Part shown: positions 1 through 7,275 of the stretch, piece after piece
Layout: the number at the start of each line of letters is the position of its first letter
Numbering within the stretch: position 1 is the first letter of the stretch
NCBI GenBank assembly: GCA_048772705.1
Contig: JBLWGC010000188.1
Span: 1-20,918, forward strand
Source of the DNA: Leidyana gryllorum EB-2025a
Lineage: Eukaryota; Protista; Apicomplexa
DNA: 20,918 nucleotides
Reading direction: 5' to 3'
Program-made: the position numbers and the translations under genes
Notes under the pieces: generated by a model
The model's input: the letters and a program-made list of their open reading frames with translations, nothing else
The model's database searches: none
Told to the model about the DNA's origin: nothing

Positions 1-29
1 CTACCTCCTTAACCATCGGGACAGTTGCT
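1..29 (-). tRNA. tRNA-Ser 5' part, cut by the window edge
   Basis: Resembles the 5' end of Ser at 18060 with the same flank. Confidence 0.6.
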
Positions 30-91
30 GCTGTCGAACTTGGCCTTTTGCGGCCAGTGGCTTCACATACGGTTCAGCGAGCTTTACTAGG

Positions 92-164
92 ACTGCTCGC
101 GCCGCCCGAACCCGCGGTTCTCCCTTAGAAAAGTCTTGCGCTCTACCGACGGAGTTGGGGCGGC
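92..164 (-). pseudogene. tRNA-Lys(TTT) pseudogene
   Basis: Lys D-arm recognisable, 3' half degenerate. Confidence 0.75.
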
Positions 165-254
165 AAGGAAGCTCGCCCCGTACCTGAGGAATCCACGATC
201 AATACCAATGGAATTGGTTACTAAGTCCGAATTTGTATCAGAGATCTACTCACT

Positions 255-326
255 TGGTCAAGCCAGGATTCGGGCCTGGGTATGCACGGCCACAACTTGC
301 TGTTGTAAGCACTAGACGACCGGGAC
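255..326 (-). pseudogene. tRNA-His(GTG) pseudogene with Ile-derived 3' end
   Basis: GTTGTGGCCGTGC anticodon arm; ends TGACCA followed by the Ile 3' flank. Confidence 0.7.
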
Positions 327-472
327 AATCTTCAAGTGAGGCTGGTATGGTATGTCCCCGATGTCTCGAATGGGAGACGTAGGTGAAGTTTGTCTTCCGA
401 ACCCACGATCGGGCGTAGCTGCCCATGCCTCTCTTGATCGCTACACACTTCCATTTGACGGCTCCGTTAGTC

Positions 473-545
473 GGCGCTATGGCCTAATGGATATGGCATC
501 GGTCTACGGAACCGGGGATTCTGGGTATGAGTCCCAGTAGCGTCT
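473..545 (+). pseudogene. tRNA-Arg(ACG), T-loop damaged
   Basis: Stems pair but the T-loop reads TATGA instead of TTCGA. Confidence 0.8.
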
Positions 546-658
546 GGGCGAATGGCCGGGTTGCAGCCTGTTGAGTCAACAACGCAGATCCTGTCTTAGC
601 TGTCAGGGACATTGTCCGGGATGGGTCGAGTGCCGTGTTGGGTCAACAACTATCAGAC

Positions 659-730
659 GGGCTGTTCTGGGAATGGAGCCCAGGACTTCTTTCACCCGAA
701 GGAAAACTCATATAACTAGACCAAACGGCC
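659..730 (-). pseudogene. tRNA-Pro(CGG) pseudogene
   Basis: Pro body with D- and T-loop substitutions. Confidence 0.8.
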
Positions 731-744
731 CCCTGTGGTGCCTC

Positions 745-817
745 AGGTAGTGGCAGGTTCCAAACCTGCGACTTCGTGGCTAAGAGACTTACCCTCTGAT
801 GGCTGAGCTACGAGGCT
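745..817 (-). pseudogene. tRNA-Asn-derived remnant
   Basis: AAGTCGCAGGTTTGGAACCTGCCA matches the Asn T-arm. Confidence 0.6.
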
Positions 818-873
818 CAGCTACGATGATGGGAGTTTGCGATAAGCTTGCAAGTGCCCAGTCGATGCAGTCG

Positions 874-945
874 AGCCTTCTGCCGGAATCGAGCCGGCGA
901 CTTCTCGCTTACGAAGCGAACGCTCTGCCCCTAAGCTAAGAAGGC
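874..945 (-). tRNA. tRNA-Thr: tRNA-Thr(CGT), T54C variant
   Basis: Full cloverleaf GCCTTCT/AGAAGGC, loop TT-CGT-AA. Confidence 0.85.
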
Positions 946-1021
946 AATGTAAGCCGGAGATAACGAAACAATCGCTATTCACGGAGATCAGTGTGGCACT
1001 TTGCTCGAGTAGTTCAATGAC

Positions 1022-1094
1022 TTCCACTGGCGGGACTTGAACCCGGATCGTGCGGGTGAAAGCCGCATATCCTAGCCACTTAAAATACAGTGGA
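1022..1094 (-). tRNA. tRNA-Glu: tRNA-Glu(TTC), D-stem variant
   Basis: Near identical to 7583 with a few mismatches. Confidence 0.75.
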
Positions 1095-1190
1095 CAATTC
1101 CCTTAGCTGCAGGTTTAGCCGAGAGCCGTACCCTCTTCGAGACACCTCATACTATGTCAAGACCCCTAAACGCTCGCGGGTCTGCGCAAC

Positions 1191-1263
1191 GGGCGACTAG
1201 CTCAAATGGTAGAGCGCTCGCTTAGCATGCGAGAGGTACTGGGATCGATGCCCAGGTCGTCCA
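1191..1263 (+). tRNA. tRNA-Ala: tRNA-Ala(AGC)
   Basis: Intact cloverleaf, G3.U70, eukaryotic A54 T-loop. Confidence 0.95.
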
Positions 1264-1402
1264 AACTTCGTACAGAGGCACCCACCGTATTGAAATACTC
1301 AGAGTTACGACCTTTGAAGGGTCCAAGACCACAAGTGCGGTTGAGAGAGTAGGGTGCCGCAGAACCCGGCCCTAACAGGTTTCGAACTTATCGATGCATC
1401 AA

Positions 1403-1474
1403 AGCCTTCTGTCGGAATCGAGCCGCCGACGTCTCGTTTACGAAGCAAACGCTCTGCCCCTAAGCTTAGAAGGC
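1403..1474 (-). pseudogene. tRNA-Thr(CGT) degenerate copy
   Basis: Several stem mismatches versus 874-945. Confidence 0.8.
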
Positions 1475-1623
1475 AATGCAAGAAGGAAATTACGCATCGA
1501 AGCCCGTTGAGGGAGGTTGTTGAAGCACTCGAAGGACTTCCACTGCCCCTTATGTGATCAAGACAGGGCCTGCCTGGTTGGCTGAGGGGCGAGGAATTCT
1601 GACACCAGATGTCACGACCTCTC

Positions 1624-1696
1624 TGCCTCGGCCGTGGATCGAACACGGGACTTCCAGATCTTCAGTCTGGCGATCTCCCAACTGAGCTACCGAGGC
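1624..1696 (-). tRNA. tRNA-Phe: tRNA-Phe(GAA)
   Basis: GCCTCGG/CCGAGGC, CT-GAA-GA, one D-stem mismatch. Confidence 0.92.
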
Positions 1697-1793
1697 GCTA
1701 GAAAGTCATGGAAGGCGGTGAAAATAAGCACTTAGTGCGACCGTATGTAGAAAGAGGAGGGTCTCTATACTAACCTCTGAAATATTGTAGCTC

Positions 1794-1866
1794 CGTCTTG
1801 TAGCTCAGTCGGCAGAGCGTGTGGCTGTTAACCACAAAGTCGCAAGTTCGAAACCTGCCAAGACCG
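1794..1866 (+). tRNA. tRNA-Asn: tRNA-Asn(GTT)
   Basis: Cloverleaf with mismatches at pair 1-72 and in the T-stem. Confidence 0.82.
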
Positions 1867-1910
1867 GTTTCAAAGGCACCCTTAACACTCACTGCGCTGC
1901 TCTCGCAATG

Positions 1911-1970
1911 GCACTTGTGGTCTGCGACCGTTCAAAAATGTAAGGTTGGGTTTGGCTCCGGCCACGTGCT
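1911..1970 (+). pseudogene. fossil tRNA-Gly(TCC)
   Basis: GCACTTGTGGTCT-GCGACC matches 6228 with the D-arm deleted. Confidence 0.65.
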
Positions 1971-1983
1971 GCGGTACCTACTT

Positions 1984-2056
1984 TGGACGACCTGGGTATC
2001 GATCCCAGTACCTCTCGCATGCGAAGCGAGCGCTCTACCATTTGAGCTAGCCGCCC
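1984..2056 (-). tRNA. tRNA-Ala: tRNA-Ala(CGC)
   Basis: Intact cloverleaf, G3.U70. Confidence 0.95.
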
Positions 2057-2116
2057 AGAGGCACCACATGGAAGAGCTACTGCATTGGGTAGCTGACCGA
2101 GTGCCGATACAACGGC

Positions 2117-2196
2117 TGACAAGAGTGGGATTCAAACCCACGCCCTTTCGGACTGCGGCCTGAACACAGCGCCTTAGACCACTCGGCCATCTTGCC
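2117..2196 (-). tRNA. tRNA-Leu: tRNA-Leu(CAG), C56T variant
   Basis: Class II body; T-loop TTTGAAT. Confidence 0.85.
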
Positions 2197-2290
2197 GGAA
2201 CATCTTGCCGCAATGTTGTTGGCTCGCCGCTTCACACGTTTTCTGTTCGTGAGTCAAAATAGAAAGACTTCTGGGATTGGAGGCCGGCGT

Positions 2291-2341
2291 GTACTTCCGC
2301 CTGTCACGCGGAAGACCAGGGTTCGTTCCCCGGTCTCGGAG
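2291..2341 (+). pseudogene. tRNA-Asp(GTC), 5'-deleted
   Basis: Only anticodon arm to 3' end remains. Confidence 0.85.
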
Positions 2342-2397
2342 CATAGTTGCTTTCGCTTAGGATTGTTTCGTTTGGTTCTCGCTGAAAGTTGCGAGCT

Positions 2398-2424
2398 ACA
2401 GCCACCGAGGATCAAACTCGGGAC
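2398..2424 (-). pseudogene. tRNA-Val 3' fragment
   Basis: T-arm and acceptor 3' strand only. Confidence 0.7.
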
Positions 2425-2585
2425 TTCCGGACTGTGAAAGGGGCGTGTGTCTCTGGAAACACATATCATGAAGACCTCACAGAAATGGGACGGGCTGAAG
2501 TGGCGCAGTCCGTAAAGCATCTGACCCTCCTGTTGCATCCCATCCTGATTGATGCCCCGCTACCTTTGTAGTTTCACTCAAGATT

Positions 2586-2655
2586 GTCCGAGTCGTCTAG
2601 TGGTTGGGACAGCACGTTGTGGCCGTGCAAAGCCACGCTGATTCCTGCCCGGGCA
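2586..2655 (+). pseudogene. tRNA-His(GTG) pseudogene
   Basis: GCACG-TTGTGGC-CGTGC intact, T-arm broken. Confidence 0.85.
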
Positions 2656-2743
2656 GTATGTCTCTGTCGTCTCGAATGGAAACTCTTGCCGGGATCAACA
2701 ACGCTTGATCACCACATACATCCATTTGATGGCCTCGTTAGTC

Positions 2744-2815
2744 GACACTATGGCCCAATGGATATGGAATCGGTCTACGAAACCGGGGATTTTGGGTTGA
2801 GTCCCAGTGGCGTCT
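2744..2815 (+). pseudogene. tRNA-Arg(ACG) degenerate
   Basis: 1-nt T-loop deletion and stem mismatches. Confidence 0.8.
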
Positions 2816-2976
2816 GGGCGAATGGTCGGGTTCCAGCCTCGCCTGTTGGGTCAACAACTCAGATTTTGTCTTGGCTGTCGGGGACTTTGTCCGGGATGGG
2901 TGGACTGAGAGCCGCATATCTCAGCCGAGCTTCGAGAGACGTGCCGTGTTGAGTCAACAGCTATCAGACGGCAGAC

Positions 2977-3047
2977 GGGCTGTGTTGGGAATTGAAACCA
3001 GCACTTCTTCCACCCGAAACAAGTGCATACCACCAGACCAAACAGCC
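2977..3047 (-). pseudogene. tRNA-Pro(CGG) pseudogene
   Basis: Mismatched anticodon and T stems. Confidence 0.8.
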
Positions 3048-3199
3048 GCCTATCGGTGGTACAAGCCGCCGATACAGATGCTCAGGAAGTGAGCACCCCC
3101 GGCCGTACGACTTCTTCGGGGCTGGAGGCCGATACACCGCACCCAGACGACAGTCGCAACGGAAGCCGTTTGCACGCTGGAACTCAGAAGGAAAGTTCC

Positions 3200-3283
3200 G
3201 CACAGATGCCCGAGTGGTCTAAGGGGCCAGACTCAAGTTCTGGTAGGCGCAAGTCTGCATGGGTTCGAATCCCATTCTGTGCA
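3200..3283 (+). tRNA. tRNA-Leu: tRNA-Leu(CAA)
   Basis: Intact class II cloverleaf, no intron. Confidence 0.96.
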
Positions 3284-3366
3284 ACGGTTCTCATTCCGGG
3301 GCGGCATTGGCCATCACTTCGGGTCTACGGCTGTACGAAGTAGCCGTTATATCCCCCTCCCCATTC

Positions 3367-3436
3367 GGCTGTTTGGTCTAGTGGTATGATCCTTCCTTAG
3401 GGTGGAAGGAGTCCTGGGTTCGATCCTAAAAAGCCC
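3367..3436 (+). pseudogene. tRNA-Pro(AGG), damaged 3' end
   Basis: CTTCC-TTAGGGT-GGAAG intact; T and acceptor 3' strands altered. Confidence 0.8.
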
Positions 3437-3577
3437 TCTTGGTCGTCGGTTGACCCGACGAGACAAGTTGCCCTCAGAACCACACACGCACCCCCTTTAG
3501 CCCACCTCGGTAGGGCAGTCAGGGCAATTAACATCTCAGGAATCGCATTTCGGCTCCCTCTTCCATGTTGCAGACTG

Positions 3578-3649
3578 AGCAGTGTAGCTCAGTGGAAGAG
3601 TGTGGGGCTCATAACCCAAAGGTCCGTCGATCGAAACGACGCACTGCTA
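3578..3649 (+). tRNA. tRNA-iMet: initiator tRNA-Met(CAT)
   Basis: A1-U72, GGG/CCC anticodon stem, T-loop ATCGAAA. Confidence 0.92.
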
Positions 3650-3698
3650 AGTGTGCGCAAGAGGGAAACAGTTATAGAATTGATTGGGTCGTGAGCGA

Positions 3699-3770
3699 AG
3701 CCTTCTGCCGGAATCGAACCGGAGATCTTTCTCTTACTAAGCGAATGCTCTGCCCCTAAGCTAAGAAGGC
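3699..3770 (-). tRNA. tRNA-Thr: tRNA-Thr(AGT) variant
   Basis: Cloverleaf with one anticodon-stem and one T-stem mismatch. Confidence 0.8.
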
Positions 3771-3878
3771 AATATCAGCTGGTAATCACACATCAGTCAC
3801 TATTGACGGAAGTTACTGGAGCACATTGTTCCACCAGTCAATCCTTCCACTGCTCCACCCAACGGGTGTAACAGTTTA

Positions 3879-3906
3879 GGTCTTGGTTCGAAACCTGCCA
3901 GGACCG
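3879..3906 (+). pseudogene. tRNA-Asn remnant at a deletion junction
   Basis: GGTCTTG joined directly to GTTCGAAACCTGCCAGGACCG. Confidence 0.7.
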
Positions 3907-3950
3907 GTTTCGGAGGCACACCAAACACTGAGTGCGCTGCTCTCCCAATG

Positions 3951-4008
3951 GCACTTCTGGTCTGCGACCCTTCAAAGATGTAAGTTTGTTTGGGTCCCCC
4001 CACGTGCA
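3951..4008 (+). pseudogene. fossil tRNA-Gly(TCC)
   Basis: Both ends and the flank (gtgcagccgt) match Gly at 6228. Confidence 0.7.
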
Positions 4009-4021
4009 GCCGTACGTACTT

Positions 4022-4093
4022 TGGACGACTTGGGTATCGATCCAGTACCTCTCGCATGCGAAGCGAGCGCTCTACAATCTGAGCTAGCCGCCC
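4022..4093 (-). tRNA. tRNA-Ala: tRNA-Ala(CGC) variant
   Basis: 1-nt T-stem deletion, G18T. Confidence 0.72.
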
Positions 4094-4153
4094 ATCCACT
4101 CTACATGGAAGACCTATTGCATCCAGTGGCTGACCGAGGGCCGATACAACGGC

Positions 4154-4233
4154 TGACAAGAGTGGGATTCGAACCCACGCCCTCTCGGACTGCGGCCTTA
4201 ACACAGCGCCTTGGACCACTCGGCCATCTTGGG
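4154..4233 (-). tRNA. tRNA-Leu: tRNA-Leu(AAG), acceptor end mismatched
   Basis: Loop TT-AAG-GC; starts CCCAAGA instead of GGCAAGA. Confidence 0.8.
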
Positions 4234-4329
4234 CGGAGTCTTCTTGGCTCGTCACTTCACAAGTTTTCTGTTCTTGGATTCTGGATATGGAAAGACTTTT
4301 GGGGTTGGAGGCCGTCATGTTTACTAGCG

Positions 4330-4400
4330 TCCGAGATAGTATATTGGTCAGTATTTCCGCCTGTCACGCGGAAGACCCGGGTTCGATTCCCGTCTCGGAG
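4330..4400 (+). tRNA. tRNA-Asp: tRNA-Asp(GTC)
   Basis: Same as 10521 copy except 1 nt missing in the T-stem. Confidence 0.85.
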
Positions 4401-4451
4401 CACAGTTGGTTTCGCTTGAGTCTTTTTTGGTGCTTGCTGAAAGTTGCGAGC

Positions 4452-4522
4452 TACAGCCACGAGGATCGAACTGGGACCTTCTGCGTGTTAAGCAGACGTC
4501 GTAACCACTAGACCATGGCTGC
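4452..4522 (-). tRNA. tRNA-Val: tRNA-Val(AAC) variant
   Basis: TCTGC-TTAACAC-GCAGA; short T-stem. Confidence 0.78.
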
Positions 4523-4585
4523 ATCGATGGTCCCCGCAGCCCAAAAGAAGTGGCGAAGCTTCAGGGAGTAGTGAGGACCAGTTCA

Positions 4586-4656
4586 AGGGTCGGGTTGGGA
4601 TCGAACCCAGGTCGGGAAATTCAAAGTGTCCAGTGCTAACCACCTAGGACGCAACC
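4586..4656 (-). pseudogene. tRNA-Gln(TTG) pseudogene
   Basis: Homologous to Gln at 9126, D and acceptor stems disrupted. Confidence 0.8.
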
Positions 4657-4834
4657 GGTTCAGCCCATCCCAGAGAGAGTGGGACTAGCGCTCCCTCAAC
4701 TGGACACATGCAACACGGGTCTCTCTACTAACCTCTGAAGTATTGTAACTGGCTCTTGTTTACAGCCCCCAGCGTAAACAGTTGGATTCGAGTCGGACAC
4801 CTCAATCATTGAAGCAATTGTCCGCGAGTGCTAC

Positions 4835-4916
4835 CGACGACGGTGAGATTCGAACTCACGCGGGTAAAACCCAACGGCTTGGCAGGCCGCCGCCTTAACC
4901 GCTCGGCCACCTTGCC
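4835..4916 (-). tRNA. tRNA-Ser body with GCC anticodon (possible pseudogene)
   Basis: Paralogue of Ser(GCT) at 8841; loop CT-GCC-AA; two acceptor mismatches. Confidence 0.8.
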
Positions 4917-5012
4917 AAGAGTGTAACTGATTACACCTTCCCTCGGGCACCCCGTACGAACTGTTGTAGGAAGAGGAGGGTCTCTATACTAAGCTCTGAA
5001 CCATTGTAACTG

Positions 5013-5086
5013 GGTCTTGTAGCCTGAGTCGGCAGAGCGTGTGGCTGTTAACCACAAAGTCGCAGGTTCGAAGCCTGCCAGGACCG
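5013..5086 (+). tRNA. tRNA-Asn: tRNA-Asn(GTT), D-arm variant
   Basis: Intact except TAGCCTGAG in the D-stem. Confidence 0.78.
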
Positions 5087-5129
5087 GGTTCTGCGACAGT
5101 GTACACTCTCGACGGCCCTTGTTCTCTTG

Positions 5130-5169
5130 GACCCTTCCAAGGTCGTAACTTACCCTTAGACCACAAGTG
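5130..5169 (-). pseudogene. tRNA-Gly(TCC) fragment with flipped anticodon arm
   Basis: Plus-strand anticodon arm abuts a minus-strand 5' half. Confidence 0.7.
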
Positions 5170-5383
5170 AGCTGCAGCACCCCGAGAGACTCGGCGTTTT
5201 CTGCGTTGAGCTGTCTAAAAAACACCCAAAAAATATACTTCTCGGGAATTGAATCGAGCACTCCCACAAGCGAAAGAAAATCATATCACTAGCACTTCAA
5301 CTCGACATGCGCGGCAGTGGCTCCCCATACAGCTAGCAAGCTTGCCTCGGTCGAAACTCAAACGTCTTCCGAGTGAGAGGCTA

Positions 5384-5459
5384 TGATGCGGATGGGACTC
5401 CAACCCACAACTCCCTGGTTCCGAAGACCTCATGCCCTATCCATTAGGCCACCGCCAAC
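5384..5459 (-). pseudogene. tRNA-Arg(TCG) pseudogene
   Basis: GGTCTTCGGAACC arm, with insertions. Confidence 0.75.
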
Positions 5460-5558
5460 GGCATAAGCTTTGGTTATCTGGATACTGGTTGGGTGAAAGA
5501 GGAGACACCTCGGGGCAGCCCGCTTTCGTCCCACTCAAAAGTCGGATGCGTCCCGAAT

Positions 5559-5631
5559 GCGGTTGTGGCGCAATGGATAGCGCGTTGCCCTCCTAAGGCA
5601 AAGGTTGAGGGTTCGAGTCCCTCCAGCCGTT
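5559..5631 (+). tRNA. tRNA-Arg: tRNA-Arg(CCT)
   Basis: Intact cloverleaf TTGCC-CTCCTAA-GGCAA. Confidence 0.95.
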
Positions 5632-5685
5632 TCCTGCGTGCCTTCGTTTGTGCAAAGTGGAGCACAAACTAGTGAAAGTGATGGC

Positions 5686-5722
5686 TTACTAAACGAATGC
5701 TCTGCCCCTAAGCCAAGAAGGC
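5686..5722 (-). pseudogene. tRNA-Thr(AGT) 5' half
   Basis: Stops after the anticodon loop. Confidence 0.75.
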
Positions 5723-5849
5723 AATGTTAGTTGGAGATCACGCATCAGTCCCTATTGACTGAAGTTACTGGAGCACATTGCACCGGTTCAATGACTTTCA
5801 CTGCTCCACCCAACGGTAAATAGGGTGTAACTAAGTTTAGAGCTTCCTT

Positions 5850-5899
5850 GCCGCCCTAGCTCAGTCGGTAGAGCGCAAGACTTTTAATCTTGCAGTCGC
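5850..5899 (+). pseudogene. tRNA-Lys(TTT), 3'-truncated
   Basis: Exact Lys sequence up to GTCGC, then switches to the Arg upstream flank. Confidence 0.85.
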
Positions 5900-5930
5900 T
5901 ACACACTTCCATTTGACGGCTCCGTTAGTC

Positions 5931-6003
5931 GGCGCTATGGCCTAATGGATATGGCATCGGTCTACGGAACCGGGGATTGTGGGTCCGAGGCCCATCCGCA
6001 TCA
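5931..6003 (+). pseudogene. chimeric tRNA-Arg(ACG)/Arg(TCG)
   Basis: 5' part as at 473, 3' end CCCATCCGCATCA and flank as at 7263; acceptor does not pair. Confidence 0.85.
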
Positions 6004-6079
6004 TAGCCTCTCACTCGGAAGACGTTCCGTTTCGACCGAGGCAAGCTTGCTAGCTGTATGAGAGCCGCTGCCCCGTATG

Positions 6080-6151
6080 TCGAGTTGAAGTGCTAGTGGT
6101 ATCAGTTTCCTTCGTCTGTGGAAGTGCTCGATTCGATCCCCGAACAGTCCG
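6080..6151 (+). pseudogene. tRNA-Pro remnant
   Basis: CTAGTGGTAT...TTCGATCCCCGAACAGTCC. Confidence 0.6.
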
Positions 6152-6227
6152 TTTTTGAGTAGGTTGCAGACAGCTGGGAGCATAAATTGCCCGAGTCTCT
6201 CGGGGGTGCTGCAGATTTTTCGCAATT

Positions 6228-6298
6228 GCACTTGTGGTCTAAGGGTAAGATGCGACCCTTCCAAGGTCGTAACCCGGGTTCGAGTCCCGGCAGGTGCA
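6228..6298 (+). tRNA. tRNA-Gly: tRNA-Gly(TCC)
   Basis: Intact 71-nt cloverleaf. Confidence 0.95.
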
Positions 6299-6365
6299 GC
6301 CGTTTGTAGCTCGAACGACCTGTTTATCGGTGAAGAGAGGGGACGACTCAATACAATACAACGGT

Positions 6366-6445
6366 TGACAAGAGTGGGATTCGAACCCACGCCCTTTCGG
6401 ACTGCGGCCTGAACACAGCGCCTTGGACCACTCGGCCATCTTGCC
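6366..6445 (-). tRNA. tRNA-Leu: tRNA-Leu(CAG)
   Basis: Intact class II cloverleaf. Confidence 0.95.
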
Positions 6446-6541
6446 GCAGTGTTGTTGGTTCGTCGCTCCACCCGGTTTTTGTCCGTGGAATCTCGAAACT
6501 GGTAAGACGTCTGAGGCTAAAGGCCGGCGTGTCTGCGAGCG

Positions 6542-6622
6542 TCCGAGAAATGGGGCTCGAACCCGCGCGGAATCAACCAGTGGATCTTAAGGCCACCCCC
6601 TTAACCTCTCGGGCATTCTCGC
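6542..6622 (-). pseudogene. tRNA-Leu(TAA), 3' end fused to the Asp start
   Basis: GCGAGAATGCCCGAGAGGTTAAGGGG...CT-TAA-GA; several mismatches. Confidence 0.75.
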
Positions 6623-6736
6623 AATGCAGCATAGAAATGAGTACTCTGGTGTTTCTGCGTTGAGCTGTCTGCAACCTACTTCAAAACGGACTTTTTGAGA
6701 GTTGAATCGAGCACTTCTTCTAGCAAGCTTGCCTCG

Positions 6737-6809
6737 CACCGCCCGCGGGGCTCGAACCCGCGACTGCAAGATTAAAAGTCTTGCGCTCTACCGACTGAGC
6801 TAGGGCGGC
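6737..6809 (-). tRNA. tRNA-Lys: tRNA-Lys(TTT)
   Basis: Intact cloverleaf CAAGA-CTTTTAA-TCTTG. Confidence 0.95.
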
Positions 6810-6937
6810 AAGGAAGCTCTAAACTTAGTTACACCCTATTTACCGTTGGGTGGAGCAGTGAAAGTCATTGAACCGGTGCAATGTGCTCCAGTAACTTCAG
6901 TCAATAGGGACTGATGCGTGATCTCCAACTAAACATC

Positions 6938-6978
6938 GCCTTCTTAGCTTAGGGGCAGAGCATTCGTTTAGTAAGCGA
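6938..6978 (+). pseudogene. tRNA-Thr(AGT) 5' half
   Basis: Mirror of 5686-5722. Confidence 0.75.
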
Positions 6979-7029
6979 TCACTTTCACCAGTTTGTGCTC
7001 CACTTTGCACAAAACGAAGGCACGCAGGA

Positions 7030-7102
7030 AACGGCTGGAGGGACTCGAACCCTCAACCTTTGCCTTAGGAGGGCAACGCGCTATCCATTGCGCCACAACC
7101 GC
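7030..7102 (-). tRNA. tRNA-Arg: tRNA-Arg(CCT)
   Basis: Inverted copy of 5559-5631. Confidence 0.95.
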
Positions 7103-7202
7103 ATTCGGGACGCATCCGACTTTTGAGTGGGACGAAAGCGGGCTGCCCCGAGGTGTCTCCTCTTTCACCCAACCAGTATCCAGATAACCGAAGCCTATCC
7201 AT

Positions 7203-7275
7203 GGTGCGTGTGAAAAAATGGATAGGGCATCGGTCTTCGGAACCGGAGTTGTGGGTTCGAGTCCCATCCGCATCA
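7203..7275 (+). pseudogene. tRNA-Arg(TCG), D-arm damaged
   Basis: TCGGT-CTTCGGA-ACCGG with a good T-arm. Confidence 0.78.

Larger units (their letters stand above)
1747..4093 (+). repeat. Module A copy 1 (Asn-Ala-Leu-Asp-Val-His-Arg-Pro-Leu-Pro-iMet-Thr...Ala)
   Basis: Direct repeat of 13631-16387, lacking about 0.4 kb (Lys-Glu-Asn) near 3880. Confidence 0.9.

Noticed and set aside
1261-1263. Encoded CCA at the ends of Ala, Met and Ile
   Set aside because: These are C71-C72 plus discriminator A73, not a CCA tail
1305-1338. Gly-derived arm with a TCA (UGA suppressor or Sec-like) loop, also at 3966-3980
   Set aside because: It lies in fossils lacking the D-arm and a proper T-arm, with no Sec architecture
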